Made by a program: the position numbers and the translations under genes
Part shown: in pieces, positions 1 to 12,245 of the stretch
How the letters are laid out: each line of letters begins with the position of its first letter
How positions within the stretch are numbered: position 1 is the stretch's first letter
Origin: Squalus acanthias
Taxonomy: Eukaryota
DNA: 64,000 bases
NCBI GenBank assembly: GCA_030390025.1
Contig: CM059432.1
Coordinates: forward strand, 147,624,001-147,688,000
Direction of reading: 5' to 3'
The notes under the pieces: generated by a model
What the model was told of the DNA's origin: nothing
What the model saw: the letters and a program-made list of their open reading frames with translations, nothing else
The model's database searches: none

Positions 1-79
1 CACTGGATTTCATGGACACTATCTACAGCCACAGTTGAACAGGTCGAACAGATTTGAATAAGCTCATTATCACCTCCTT

Positions 80-356
80 TTACTTTGCACCATCCTCATT
101 ATTACCACATTTTGCCTTGCATCATCATCACTTTGGTCATGTTATCACTCCTGCACTCTGCCTCATCACAGACCTCTGCCTTTTCTTCTTTTCCTGCTCC
201 GTTTACCCTGGCTCTGTACCTGCTTAAAATCTGTTCATCTCTAGCATCTTCCAGTTTTGATAAAAGATTAACGACTTGAAATGTTAACTCTGTTTCTCTC
301 TCCATAGATGCTGCCTTACCTGCTGAGTGTTTCCAGCATTTTCTGCTTTTATTTTT
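80..356. mobile_element. Degenerate Penelope-like terminal repeat fragment
   Basis: Similar to 7141-7265 and 17190-17325; hammerhead-like core at ~253-289 is decayed. Confidence 0.6.
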
Positions 357-392
357 AATTAAGTCCATGTCTGGTATCCAGTAAAATACATT

Positions 393-1285
393 GGGGGAGA
401 AATTCAGTATCGCCCCACTTGGGGCGCAATTATCGGCCAGGCGCAAAGATTAGCGCCTGGCGCTAATTATCGCCACCGACTGCAAACTTGACTTTTATCG
501 CCCCTGGAGGTGATTGGAGCGCTAAAACAGGCGCTACACATCTGTCTTAAGGCGCAAAGGCCAAGGAGCGAGGCGCTACCTCAGAGCGCTGGCGAAGCTC
601 ATGTGATGTCAGTCAGCAATGGAACACAAACACAATGGCGCCGGCCAGTTCTTAAAGGGGAGGGTCGATCTTGCTTTCCATCCACATCCTGCTCATTGCA
701 GCCTTGAATCTCGGCCTGGAGAGACCTGTACATCAAATCTGCTGGAAAGAACAATGGAGAGGACCAGGGAAAGAGCTCAGAATGCAGCCCCCACAGTCTC
801 TTCTAAATCGATACAAGGAAGGGCAAATCAAAATGAACCTGCAAAGTACTGCTCAGTACCCAAAACTCCTTCACACAACGTTGAATCTTTTCAGAGGTCT
901 CTCTCTCTCTCTCTCAGAATGCGTGGTTCAAAAATGTCACCAACAATAAAAGGCAGGAAGCGGTCGCCTTTAAATAGCGCTCCCCCAGTCCCTTCCTGAC
1001 TGCAAAACGTTCCCCTCAACCTGTCGTTGCTAGCGGCAGGCGGTAAGGCAGGGGGCGCCACTCAATATCTGCTCCGGGGCGCTACCGGGGCGTTGCGCAC
1101 TCGACTGACGTCACGATCTGCCGGCGCAGGAGATGGTGGCGGTAGTGTTTAGCGCTGCCGCAAAATGTCTAGTTAATTTCGCGAGCGGCACAAACATCGC
1201 CACGTCCGGGCGCTAGTTGCTTTGCGCCCCATTAGCGCCCTCTTAAGGCGCTAACGGGAGGCGCAACCAACTGAATTTTTCCCCC
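393..1285 (+). mobile_element. Non-autonomous Harbinger, internal-deletion derivative of the 11889-16320 family
   Basis: TIRs GGGGGAGAAATTCAGT / ACTGAATTTTTCCCCC. Both halves align by eye to the ends of 11889-16320. No clear TSD. Confidence 0.88.
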
Positions 1286-1499
1286 TCTGTTTTTGAATCT
1301 CCAAACTTTTGAGTACTGTTTCATCCAGATAGCTTTGGATCGGTCTAATTTCTATCCAATTACCTAGTAACCTAATGCATACCTTCCTCTTGGGTTTCCC
1401 TTCCCTTCATTTTTGCCTGCCACTCTCTCCCATCAGCCTTGGCAAAAGCTGCAAAATGATTGAGCTGCCCTCTGAGGCTGTCCAAAGGCTTTCTTTTCA

Positions 1500-2214
1500 T
1501 GAATGTACATGAATCACAAAAAGTTAGCATGCAGGTACAGCAAGTAATCTGGAAGGCAAATGGAATGTTGGCCTTTATTGTAAATGGAATGGAGTGTAAA
1601 AGTAGGGAAGTCCTGTTACAACTGTACAGGGCGTTGGTGAGACCACACCTGGAGTACTGTGTACAGTTTTGGTCTCCTTATTTAAGGAAGGATATACTTG
1701 CATTGGAGGCAGTTCAGAGAAGGTTCACGAGGTTGATTCCAGAGATGAAGGGGTTGTCTTATGAAGAAAGGTTGAGCAAGTTGGGCCTATACTCATTGGA
1801 GTTTAGAAGAATGAGAGGGGATCTTATTGAAACATATAAGATTCTGAAGGGACTCGACAGGGTAGATGCAGAGAGGATGTTTCCCCTCGTGGGGGAATCT
1901 AGAACTAGGGGGCATAATTTCAGAATAAGGGGGCACCCTTTTAAATCGGAAATGAGGAGAAATTTCTTCTCTCAGAGGGTCGTGAATCTGGAATTCTCTT
2001 CCCCAGAGAGCTGTGGAGGCTGGGTCATTGAATATATTTAAGGTGGAGATAGACAGATTTTTGAACGATAAGGGAGTCGAGGGTTATGGGGAGCGGGCAG
2101 GGAAATGGAGTTGAGGCCAAGATCAGATCAGCCATGATCTTATTGAATGGCGGAGCAGGCTCGAGGGGCCAAATGAGCGACTCCTGCTCCTACGTCTTAT
2201 GTTCTTATATGTTC
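1500..2214 (+). mobile_element. CR1 LINE 3' fragment
   Basis: ORF 1460-2041 has LYRALVRPHLEYCVQFWSP and RRMRGDLIE, followed by the CR1 3' UTR and a ttatgttc tail. Confidence 0.93.
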
Positions 2215-2668
2215 ATTGCCTTAGTGTGACACCTCCGTTTTAATTTCCCCCATCCCTTTAAATTTCACAGCTAAACAATCTTCCAGCCCCTATCATGAAC
2301 CCGGGCCATGTCCAAGGCCCCACCCCTCAGCAGGTGGCCTGTTGGAAAACCATGGCTACATTTGCTCACGGTTTTCCTTCCACTAATGTCAAGAGCCCTA
2401 AAGTTCAGTGAGCTGCGCTCCCAGCAGTAATGCCAGAACTGTGCTGGCCAGTGCCCGCTGACACCAACCCTGCCACAATTTGCAGTGTCAGTCGGTCAGT
2501 GCCTCAATTGCACTGGCCCAGCAAACAGCGCGCGCATGACCAGGGACGCATCCTGGGTACCTGCTTGGTACATGTTGCCACAATCACTGGCACCAGGCTG
2601 ACATCTGCAGAGGAGGATGGCGATGTTCCCCACCCGCCCCCCTCCCAAGACCCCACGCAGCACCACCC

Positions 2669-3052
2669 TCTTCTTCTTCTTAGGCAGTCCCTCGGAACCG
2701 AGGATGACTCGCTTCCACACTAAAAATGAGTTCTCAGGTGACTGATGAGTCCAGTGCGGGACCTACAGTCTCTGTCACAGGTGGGGCAGACGGTGGTTGA
2801 AGGGGGGGGCGGGTGGGGTGCTTGTGTTGACGTGCGCTCCTTGCGCTGTTTGCGCTTGGCTTGCGCTTGCTCCCGGCGAAGAGACTCGAGGTGTTCGGCG
2901 CCTTCCCGGATGCTTCTCCTCCACTTTGTGTAGTCTTGGGCCAGGGATTCCCAGGTGTCGGTGGGGATGTTGCACTTTTTTAAGGAGGCTTTGAGGGTGT
3001 CCTTGAAGCGTTTCCTCTGCCCACCTGGGGCTCGCTTGCCGAGTTGGAGCCC
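2669..3052 (-). mobile_element. RTE (BovB-like) LINE 3' fragment
   Basis: GKRAPGGQRKRFKDTLKASLK...CPTCDRDCRSRTGLISHLRTH C-terminus followed by an (AAG)n tail. Confidence 0.85.
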
Positions 3053-3221
3053 CCCTGTGTAAGGCAACCCTAAAAAAATTGTTTTAATTACCTGAAAAAT
3101 GACCTGGCCTGTACATCCTCCCACCTCTACCTAATGGGGGCCCACTTGCACCATTTTGGAAGCTGGTAGGCCTCATCCCATACAGCGGGCCAGCCTCCAG
3201 TCTCACACCGGGTTCCTTATC

Positions 3222-3818
3222 ATAGAATCATACAGCAAGAAGAAGGCCATTCGGTCCATCATGTCTGTGCTGGCTCTTTGAAAGAGCTACACAATTAGTC
3301 CCACGCCCCTACTCTTTCCCCATAGCCCTGCAAGTTTTCATTTTTAATACTCTATCCAATTCCCCTTTTTACATTTCTTGTATCTGCTTTCACCACCGTT
3401 TCATGCAGTGCAATTCAAAACGTAACAACTCGCTGCATAAATAACATTCTCCTCATCTCCCTTTTGGTTCTTTTGCCACTTATCTTCAATCTGTGTCCTC
3501 TGGTTACTGAACCTCCTGCGATTGAAATAGTTTCTCCTTATTTACACTATCAAAACTCTTCATACTTTTGAACACCTCTATTAAATCTCCCTTTAACCTT
3601 CTCTTCGCGAAGGAGAACAATCTCAGCTTCTCTAGTCTCCACACATATTTGAAGTCCCTCATCCCTGGTACCATTCTAGTAAATCTCCTCCACACCCTCT
3701 CCAAGGATTTGACCTCCTTCCTAAAGTCTGGTGCCCGGAACTGGACACAATACTCCAGCTGAGGCCCAACCAGTGATTTATAAAGGTTTAGCCTAACTCA
3801 TTTGCTTTTGTACTCTAT
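3222..3818 (-). mobile_element. CR1 LINE 3' fragment, resumes at ~5421-5710 after an insertion
   Basis: RRFTRMVPGMRDF...GDLIEVFK; atagaatc tail at the left. The CR1 sequence continues gcctctatttataaagcc at ~5426. Confidence 0.85.
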
Positions 3819-5421
3819 GGGGGCGATATTCGCCGAATACTTCAGGCGCTAAAGAGGTAATGAGGCGGCCAAGATGGGGTCTTAAGCGGAAACGCCAGTT
3901 TAGCCCGCGTTTAGCGCAAGACGCCATATTGGCAAAGGAGTTGAAGTCAGCTTAGGAACGGCCGCCCGAGGCTTGTTAAACGGCTGATTGCCACTTAAAA
4001 TGCCTGCTAGCGCTCATTAAAGTGGGTGCACGGCATTTTGGTGGCTAGCGCTTCAACTAACGTCCTCTCCTAACAGCGACCAGCTGTTTGGGAGTAAACA
4101 CGGCGTTGATGTCGATTTCAAGCACTGCTTAAAGGGATACTCACCACTTAAAGGGATGCTCATCATTTCATGTTCATTGCTGCTGGAGCTGTGAAGAGGA
4201 CCTCTGGAACACATCGGGAGACTTTCTGGGACACTTTGTCAAGAGTTCATCAACGTTCATGTATTCTGGAAATTCTCTGAGGACTTCACCTAAGAAGAAT
4301 GCGTGCTGGGCTACCCCACCTTATTGGACACCTCATAGGAGTCACCGGGAGAAAGGGAGTGCTTGGTCATGGGCATCCTGCTAGGGGTCCCCCTTTGGAC
4401 TGGACGAGGAATGGGAGGAGGACATGAGGCCAGGCAGAGCAGCAACCAGCTGCTGCAGGCGAGAGGGACAGGAGGGCGAAGAGGGTGAGGTGGGCTCCTT
4501 CCCCCCCTGTGGGTACAGGACATCCATCCATCCTCCGGACCTCCTCCACCAGGACCTCCAGTGCCCCGTCCGAGAACCTGTGCGCCCTCTCCCTCGCTCC
4601 CTGAGCATTCCTGCAATGTGCCGCTGTGAGCCAGCCAGAGCAGTACACACACCCCTTCAGTGGACATGGGTGCGAGGAGCCCACATATACTGCCGCACGA
4701 AAATTGCGTCTAACCAGCATTTGAGCGCTAAACCTACAGGGGCTATGAATTGGGAGTAGGGGAGTAGGATGCGCTACCAACCCGTGCCCGTTCGGATACC
4801 TGCAGGCAGCGGCAGAACTTGGTGCTGCCTGCTGATTAGCATTAAGGTGGCGTTTAACCCAGCGCTAAACGCGCTGAACGTCCAGCAAGGACTCTGGGGG
4901 AGGGCCTGGAGGTCGGGGCCAGGATTGGCGGGAGGTCGGAGAGGGTCAGGAGGTCAGAGTTGGGAGTGAGGTCGGAGATGATAAGGGCAAGTTCTCCCCG
5001 TTATTTAATTCAGTGTTGTTTAGCGTTTGTTTTCCCGGAGGCAGTCAGCACTGGCACTGGCACTGGCGCTGGCTGCCTCAGACACAAGCCAAATTTGGAA
5101 GAGGTAGCAAAAGCAGGCATTAGGCCCCTTATTTGGATATGAAATTTGCCGCCTTAGCGGCGGCGGTTAAGGCAGGTTTGGTGCAGGTTTCCAGCGGAAG
5201 CGAGGCCATTTGTTCCACGAAACCTGCCTTAACAGCCGACGCTAAGGCACCAAATTTCAGGCCCCTGGTTTCTGGTTTAGCACCTCCAGGCAAGTTCAAA
5301 TTATGGTAATCAGCAATTAGGACCAGAATTGCGTGTTAAATCCAGACTTTCAAACAGGCGTGTCTTATTAGCACAGCACCCATTTCGCACCTGTTTTCAT
5401 CCTTTGGCCAAACGAACCCTC
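3819..5421 (-). mobile_element. Internally deleted Harbinger derivative (possibly composite) nested in CR1
   Basis: GGGGGCGATATT left end; decayed Myb exon 1 (RERAHRFSDGALEVLVEEV) on the minus strand at ~4480-4607. Right end is uncertain (5265 or ~5421). Confidence 0.7.
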
Positions 5422-5710
5422 TACGCCTCTATTTATAAAGCCAAGGATCCCGACTGCTTTTTCAACAGCCTCCTCAACTTGTCCTGCCACCTTCAAATAT
5501 CTGTGTATGTGAACCCCCAGGTCTCTCGGTTCCTGCACCCCATTTAAAATTGTACCATTTAGTTTATATTGCCTCTCCTCGTCCTTCCATTCCAAAATGC
5601 ATAATTCACACTTCCCTGCATTAAATTGCATCTGTCGCATGTCTGCCCGTCTCGCCAGTCTGTCTATGTCCTCCTGAAGTCTGTTACTATCCTCCTCACT
5701 GTTTCACTTA
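5422..5710 (-). mobile_element. CR1 LINE fragment (continuation of 3222-3818)
   Basis: QMQFNAGKCE...RDLGVHIH...KAVGILGFINRG. Confidence 0.85.
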
Positions 5711-5904
5711 TGAGCTGAGGATGCAGAAACTCCCAGAGACTGGCTTGTAAGGGCTGGGCAGGATTTCCTAAACATGGCATATCCAAGTTCCCCCACTTTT
5801 TCCAGACATTTTCGCCACGATACTCGGCCCCAGCGCACCCGTGATTTTCCAGCAAGTTGCCCGCTTTGTCTGAGGCTGATGGTGCGGGACCTCAGAAAGC
5901 AGCA

Positions 5905-5958
5905 CCCCCCCCGCTCCCCCCCCCCCGCTCCCCCCCCCCCCCGCTCCCCCCCCCCCCC
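5905..5958. repeat. C-rich low-complexity tract, (C)n-GCT repeated
   Basis: Four long C runs separated by GCT. Confidence 0.9.
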
Positions 5959-5977
5959 CACGCTTTCTCCTTCTCCC

Positions 5978-6262
5978 TCAGCATTTACTGCCCATCCCTA
6001 ATTGCCCTTGAGAAGATGGTGGTGAGCCGCCTTCTTGAACCGCTGCAGTCTCACGTAGGCCAGACCGGGTAAGGACGGCAGATTTCCTTCCCTAAAGGGC
6101 ATTAGTGAACCAGATGTGTTTTTACAACCAGTTTCACGGCCACCATTACTGACACTATTAACTGAATTTAAATTCCCTGGCTGCCGTGGAGGGTTTATGA
6201 ACTCATTAGTCCAGGCCTCTGGATTACTAGTCCAGTAACATAATCACTATGCCACCGTACCC
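5978..6262 (-). mobile_element. tRNA-headed SINE with a LINE-derived 3' tail
   Basis: Reverse complement resembles 57469-57873; tail matches the 3' end of the LINE at 31745-34054. Confidence 0.75.
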
Positions 6263-6870
6263 GACAACTGTCGAGATGGTTATTGTACAACTCCAATTGG
6301 AATTGCTTTCGACAATGTTTATATTTATTTCAAATGGAAATACTTACCAGTAGTCAGTTTTTAATGCAGGTTTTTTTTATTGTGTCCTGATACAATGACC
6401 TCGCCTCACCCCTCTTTCCTGTTGCTTCCTGGGTTTAGTGTTTTGCATAATTAACAAACCGCACTCACCTTGTTGAAGCTATTTTTTTTTTTAAATGGTG
6501 GCAACACTACACACAAACCATTAAGAAATACCCAGCTTACGGGCAATTTATCCATCTACCGCTCCCCCACATGCCCTGGACACCAGTGGAAGAGCTGTTT
6601 AAGGGAGAGGAGTGGAAGCATGTCATTTGATCCCTTCGCACTCTACTGCCCTTTTGACCCTAGCGAACCAGGAAGTCAGTGGACAAGCAACCCTAAAGAG
6701 AGGGATAGGCACATCACTTTCACAGCTATGAAAGAGTAGTTGAAGGCACCAAGAAGATTAGCAACTGTAAGAAGTAATGACATGTCCCCAAAATTGAAAC
6801 GGTTATACGAGAGGAATCATAAAATCGAAATGTGTTGAAATCTGTGATTAAGTGATATAAGTAAATGTAT

Positions 6871-7265
6871 ACAAAAGCAAAATACTGCGGATGCTGGAAA
6901 TCTGAAATAAAAACAGCAAATGCCGGAAATACTCAGCAGGTCAGGCAGCATCTGCAGAGAGAGAAACAGAGTTAACGTTTCAGGTCGATGACCCTTCGTC
7001 AGAACTGGAAAAAGCTGGAGATGGAACAGGTTTTTAAGCAAGTGTAGGGGCAGGGAGAGGGGGGAGAGGAGGAAAGAACAAAAGGGAAGGTCTGTGATAG
7101 GATGGAAGGCAGGAGAGATCTCCTACACTTGCTTAAAAACCTGTTCGATCTCCAACTTTTTCCAGTTCTGACGAAGGGTCATTGACATGAAATGTTAACT
7201 CTGTTTCTCTCTCTACAGATGCTGCCTGACCTGCTGAGTATTTCCAGCATTTTCTGTTTTTATTT
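6871..7265. mobile_element. Penelope-like inverted terminal-repeat pair
   Basis: Arms ~6900-7047 and ~7120-7265 are reverse complements. 13-bp direct repeat TAAGTAAATGTAT at 6858-6870 and 7266-7278. Contains hammerhead-like cores. Confidence 0.8.
6970..7006 (-). ncRNA. Putative minimal hammerhead ribozyme
   Basis: Minus strand reads AGTT-CTGACGA-A-GGGTCatcGACCT-GAAAC-GTT-AACT. Confidence 0.65.
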
Positions 7266-7377
7266 TAAGTAAATGTATTGTTCAGAACATTAAAAATAAT
7301 TTGATTCTCCGTCGTGACTGTGAGATTTTCTTTCAATGTTCAATGTTTTCGATCTTGTGACTAAAACATACACTTAC

Positions 7378-7435
7378 CTAAACAGTGATTGTTGGCAGTC
7401 AATCTTGGAAAACTATCTTCATCAAAACTCTGGAC
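7378..7435 (-). CDS. ITPRID1: ITPRID1-like coding exon (VQSFDEDSFPRLTANNHCL); most downstream exon found
   Basis: Acceptor tatgtctcag, donor GTAAGT, 58 bp. Phase 0 join gives DSFEMEE|VQSF as recalled for ITPRID1. Confidence 0.88.
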
Positions 7436-7596
7436 CTGAGACATAAAGGGAACATTACTCCATTTAATTTATGTCTTTTTTTATCTTGACTTCTCGATTG
7501 CTACATGTTTAGTGTGTTTACAACACTTGCTAAGACAATTGATAAATAATTGAACACAGTAAGAAACATTACTGAAACAATGTATAATGTTTCTTC

Positions 7597-7690
7597 ACTG
7601 CAGTACTGAGGGAGTCCTGCATTGTCAGTGATGTGTCTTTCAGCTGAGACATTAGACTGAGGCCCTGTCTGCCTGTTCAGGTGGACATAA
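7597..7690 (+). mobile_element. Deu-domain SINE fragment
   Basis: Similar to 11419-11513. Confidence 0.65.
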
Positions 7691-7691
7691 A

Positions 7692-10600
7692 GGCCTAGAA
7701 ATTGGATAAGGCCCGAAAACGGGCGGTGTCACGGGCCAGCGCTAGTGGTGCAGGCAGCATGTAAAATTCATGCTGCCTGCTCAGTATAATGATTGGAGCG
7801 CTGACCTCAGCACTAAACGCACTGCTGATTGGCTTAGCACTCAATGGGGGGGGGGGGAGGGGGCAATATCGGGTGCAGTCTAATGGCCAATAAGGTTTGG
7901 CCTAGGCTCACCACACTACTTAAAGGAGAGGTGCTTTGTTGCAGAAGCACCTCATTTTCATTCTGGAGCAAGCCATGGCACAGTGAGCAAGAAGGTTGTC
8001 AGATGCTGCACTGGAGGCCTTGGTCGTGGCGGTGCAATGAAGGCGGGCTGTCCTGTACCCGTAGGGAGGCAAGAGGCCATCCAAGGCCATTTGCAGAAGG
8101 TTGTGGGAGGAGATAGCTGACTCTGTCACGGCCACCAGCGTGGTCCCAAGGACCTGGATCCAGTGCCGGAAAAAGTTGAATGACCTCACACGGCAGGTCA
8201 AGGTGAGTGAAGGGTTCAGCAAATGCCATATCCCACCATCTGCACCACAAGCCTCACACACTGCTTGATGCACCACACACCCATCACTCTCCTACCAACA
8301 ATCTCTATCTATCTCCACTCAGACCTCACAATCATAGCTTCACTTCACCCTCACAACCTTACCACAGCTGCAACACTCACACCCTCATCTCACACCTTGC
8401 ACACACTGACAGCTATTCAACTATGGCAGGCACATCACCCAACCACATTGCACCACACTCACTGACACACACATCACCCAAACACATTGCACCACACTCA
8501 CTGACACACATCACCCAAACACATTGCACCACACTCACTGACACACACATCACCCAAACACATTGCACCACACTCACTGACACACACATCACCCAAACAC
8601 ATTGCACCACACTCACTGACACACACATCACCCAAACACATTGCACCACACTCACTGACACACATCACCCAAACACATTGCACCACACTCACTGACACAC
8701 ATCACCCAAACACATTGCACCACACTCACTGACACACATCCTTTTCTCTTTCAGGCAAAGGTGGCCCAGAACAGGAGGGAGCAGCGGCAGATGGGAGGCG
8801 ACCAAACCGCAATAGAGAACCTGACCGACCTGAAGGAATTGGTGCTTTTAATTATTGGAGGGGCAGTGACGGAGTCTGTGGCCAGTGGAGAAGTTTAAAC
8901 CATCGCTGCTGATGACGGTCTGGTCATACCTAATCCTTCTTCTCACATACCACTTCCCCCTCATCCCACAATCTCTCCTCACTTACAAGCTGCTGATGGT
9001 GTAGTCATGGATACCTTGCTTTCCCCCCTCCCCTCACCACAACCCGACTATTGTGCTTTTCTGCTTTCAGATACCCACGAACTGCCAGCAGGCCAGCCTG
9101 TCCCTCATCTTGAGAAAACTGAAGGAGGAGACGAAGAAGAAGAAGACACACCGTCACTGCATCTGACACTCGCAGACATCAGCTCAGAAGCTGGCACTGC
9201 GCGGAATTTAGAGAGTAGTATAGAGATGGGATCTGCACATGGTGGAGTCACCGGGCATGAGTGAGCTGTAGCCAGGCCAGGGGGAGAGGGTAGCTCAGGT
9301 GCCAGCTCCCCAGAGGGCGAGTTCATGGACAAGTTCTGCTGCACAGGACTCAGATGATGACCTCAATGGGGCAGCCTTCAGAAGAAGGGTGATGGGCAAG
9401 CACACGGAAATGCTAGGAACAATGGCAAGCCTGCCAGAGAGCTTCTTGTCAGTGTCAAGGTGCATGGAGGAGTCCGGCTCCAACATTGGACGGGGCTTTG
9501 CGCAGAGCTGGGTCCCATGATTTCTCGAAAGAAATGATGGACAACTCTAGGAGAGACCTTGTGGACTCAGCCATGATGCTGGGTGTGATGGGCGATGTCG
9601 CGGCTTCCATTACAGCACAGGCAGAAGCGACCCAATGTCTCAGTGCTGCAGTGGAAGCTCAGACTGCTGCCATCGTCACTGGGTTTACGAAGCTCGAAAA
9701 GGGGCTTGCAGGATGTCGCAGCAGTCCAGCCCCAGTCTGCCCTCCAACAGATTTCTAGAAATGCTGAGGCGCTGCCCCGGGAGAGTGGCGGTGTGTCTGT
9801 GGAGCAAGAACCTGCTGTCCTCTCTCAGGATGACAGCATTCCTGCTCCCACCACTGCCTCTCCGCCATTGCCCTTGCCGCTGCCTCTCAGCCAGCCCAGA
9901 CTGCTGCTGCCGCCCATGCCGAGGTGGTGCAGTCTACATCTGGGCCTTCTCGGTCCACAGCTGGTCGAGGTCGTCCTGCAAGGCCATCTGTACTCTCCCC
10001 CACTGAAAGTCAGCAGCCTTCCACCAGCCCTGCTGCAGCCACTGGGGGGAGCACTGCGTAGGAGCACACAAAAGACAGACACTAAGGGAATGCACACGGG
10101 TGAATAGTTGATATTGTCATTTTCATTGCATTTGGATAAATTTATGATTTTTGTTTGGAATGTGTGTTTTGTGGTGGCTCTCATTTCAGCTTTGTGCCCA
10201 GGGGACGCTGTGATGTTCCATGACAGAGGGATGGTACGATGGGGAAGTGGTGAGCAACGGGGATCTGGGGTTTCATTCACTGGAATCGGAGTCTGATGAG
10301 GTGTTCGTGGACAGCCCGTCCAGAACGGGGATATGCTGCCTGCCTCCTCCTCCCTCCTCTTCCTCTTCCTCCTTCTCATCCTCGTCCTCTTCCTTTTCCT
10401 CTTCCTCCTCCTCCTCTCCCTCCTCCTCCTCCTGAGGTGCTCCTGCAATCCCTGGTGGCAAAGGCTGCACCCTCATGATGGCCCAAGTTGTGAAGCATGC
10501 AGTAGACCACCACAAAATGGGACACCCGCTCCGGCGAGTACTGGAGGGCTCCTCCCAAGCGATCAAGCAGCAGAACCGTTGATTGAGCACCCCGATGGTT

Positions 10601-11310
10601 TACTCGATGATGTTCCTGGTGGCAGCATGGCATACGGTGCCCGAAAAGCCACGTGTGTGCACTCTATGGCGCCCTGCACCATGGGGAAGCCCACTATCCT
10701 GCCAAAGCCACCTGCGCGCTCGTCCTGCTTCTCTCTGTTCAGAGATAAGACAATGAAGTCCCTTCTCCTGGAGTAGAACACCTCTGTGACCTCACGGATG
10801 CCCCAGATGCAGCGATGGACGGCGAACTGGGAGATGTTAGCAACGTCTCCTGCTGTAGACGGGAAGGGTCCGCTGGCGAAGATATTGAGGGTCACGGTGA
10901 CCTTGAGGGCCACTGGGAGAGCCGTGGTTGACCTGATGTTGGCTTGAGGTCTGGTTGCAGGAGGTGGCAGAGTTCTGTGACCACATCCTTGCTGAAGCGG
11001 GGCCTCCTAATGCACTGCTCCTCACTTAAGTGGAGGTAAGAGAAGACCCAAGTTACGTAAGGCCTCCTGCTGAGAGCCATACTGACACTCCTCCTAACAA
11101 CAATCTGTACCAAACACGAGGCAGACCTCTCATTCCTAGCTTCACCTCATCCCCTTGGAGGAGACGGTGCTGGTCATTCTCGGCAGGGGCATGGCTGAGC
11201 CCTTGGTCAGCGGCGGGGCTGAAAGAATACAAGATGCCGGTATCCTCATACGTTATCCTCCTTCTCACATCCCACTTCCCACAATCTCTTCTGATGTACA
11301 AGCTGCACAT
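7692..11310 (+). mobile_element. Decayed two-gene Harbinger transposon
   Basis: Left end GGCCTAGAAATTGG. Myb/SANT pseudo-exons on + (ATG 7975, QCRKKLNDL, donor 8203, acceptors 8754 and 9070). Frameshifted transposase on - at ~10245-11080 (GFPMVQGAIECTHVA). Right TIR not found. Confidence 0.85.
8430..8740 (+). repeat. 38-40 bp minisatellite, about 8 copies
   Basis: Unit cacatcacccaaacacattgcaccacactcactgaca(ca), ending just before the Myb exon 2 acceptor. Confidence 0.95.
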
Positions 11311-11316
11311 AGTTTC

Positions 11317-11778
11317 AGCTGTGGCTCAGTGGATCGCACACTCGCCTCGGAGTCAGAAGGTTGTGGGTTCAAGTCCCACTCCAAAGACTTGAGCACAGAA
11401 ATCTAGGCTGATGCTCCCAGTGCAGTACTGAGGGAGTGCTGCACTGTCAGAGGTGCCGTCTTTCGGATGAGACATTAAACCGCGGCCCCGTTTGCTCTCT
11501 CATGTGGACGTAAAAGATCCCATGGCACTATTTTGAAGAAGAGCTGGGGAGTTATCCCCGGTAATATTTATCCCTCAATCAATATCACTAAAAACAGATT
11601 ATCTGGTCATTATCACATTGCTGTTTGTGGGAGCTTGCTGTGCACAAATTGGCTGCCGCGTTTCCTACATTACAACAGTGACTACACTCCAAAAAGTGCT
11701 TCATTGGCTGTAAAGTGCTTTGGGGCGCCCTGAGGTCATGAAAGGCGCTATATAAATGCAAGTCTTTTTCTTTTTCTT
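11317..11778 (+). mobile_element. tRNA-derived Deu-domain SINE (SacSINE1-like)
   Basis: A box TGGCTCAGTGG, B box GGTTCAAGTCC, central gtggacgtaaaagatccc...tttatccctca, L2-type tail gaaaggcgctatataaatgcaagtc. Confidence 0.85.
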
Positions 11779-12245
11779 GTTGGGCTTCTTACATACTGGG
11801 TAAAAAAGGAATAAAAACTCCATTCCCTTTTCCCCTTTCACTACCTCTTCTTGCCAGTTTATTTGAGGATAATTGATTATTATTCTATGGGGTAGAAATT
11901 AGGTCGCGCCCCATTTGGGGCGCAAATATCGTCCGCGCGCAAATATTAGCGCCTGGCGCTAATTATCGGCACTGACAGGAAACTTCACTTTTACCGCCCC
12001 GGGAGGTGAGTGGAGCGCTAAATTAGGCGCTGCACACCTCTCTTAAGGCGCAAAGGCCTAGGAGTGAGGCGCTAACTCAGCGCACGAGCGCAGCGCAGCT
12101 GCTGCCAGTTAGCGCGGGAACACAGACACACTGGCGCCGGACACTTCTTAAAGCGGGGGGGGCCACTTGCTCCCCAGCCACACCCTGCTCATTGCAGCCT
12201 TGAATCTCAGCCTGGAGAGACCTGTAATCCATTTTGCTGCCAAGC

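Noticed and set aside
8430..8740. Regular repeats here and at 12624-12840, 35175-35471 and 49429-49523 as CRISPR-like arrays
   Set aside because: Head-to-tail units with no unique spacers, no cas genes and a vertebrate context.
9825..10776. Arg/Glu-rich and Leu-rich ORFs
   Set aside because: Alternative-frame readings of the (GAG)n acidic tail of a decayed transposase.
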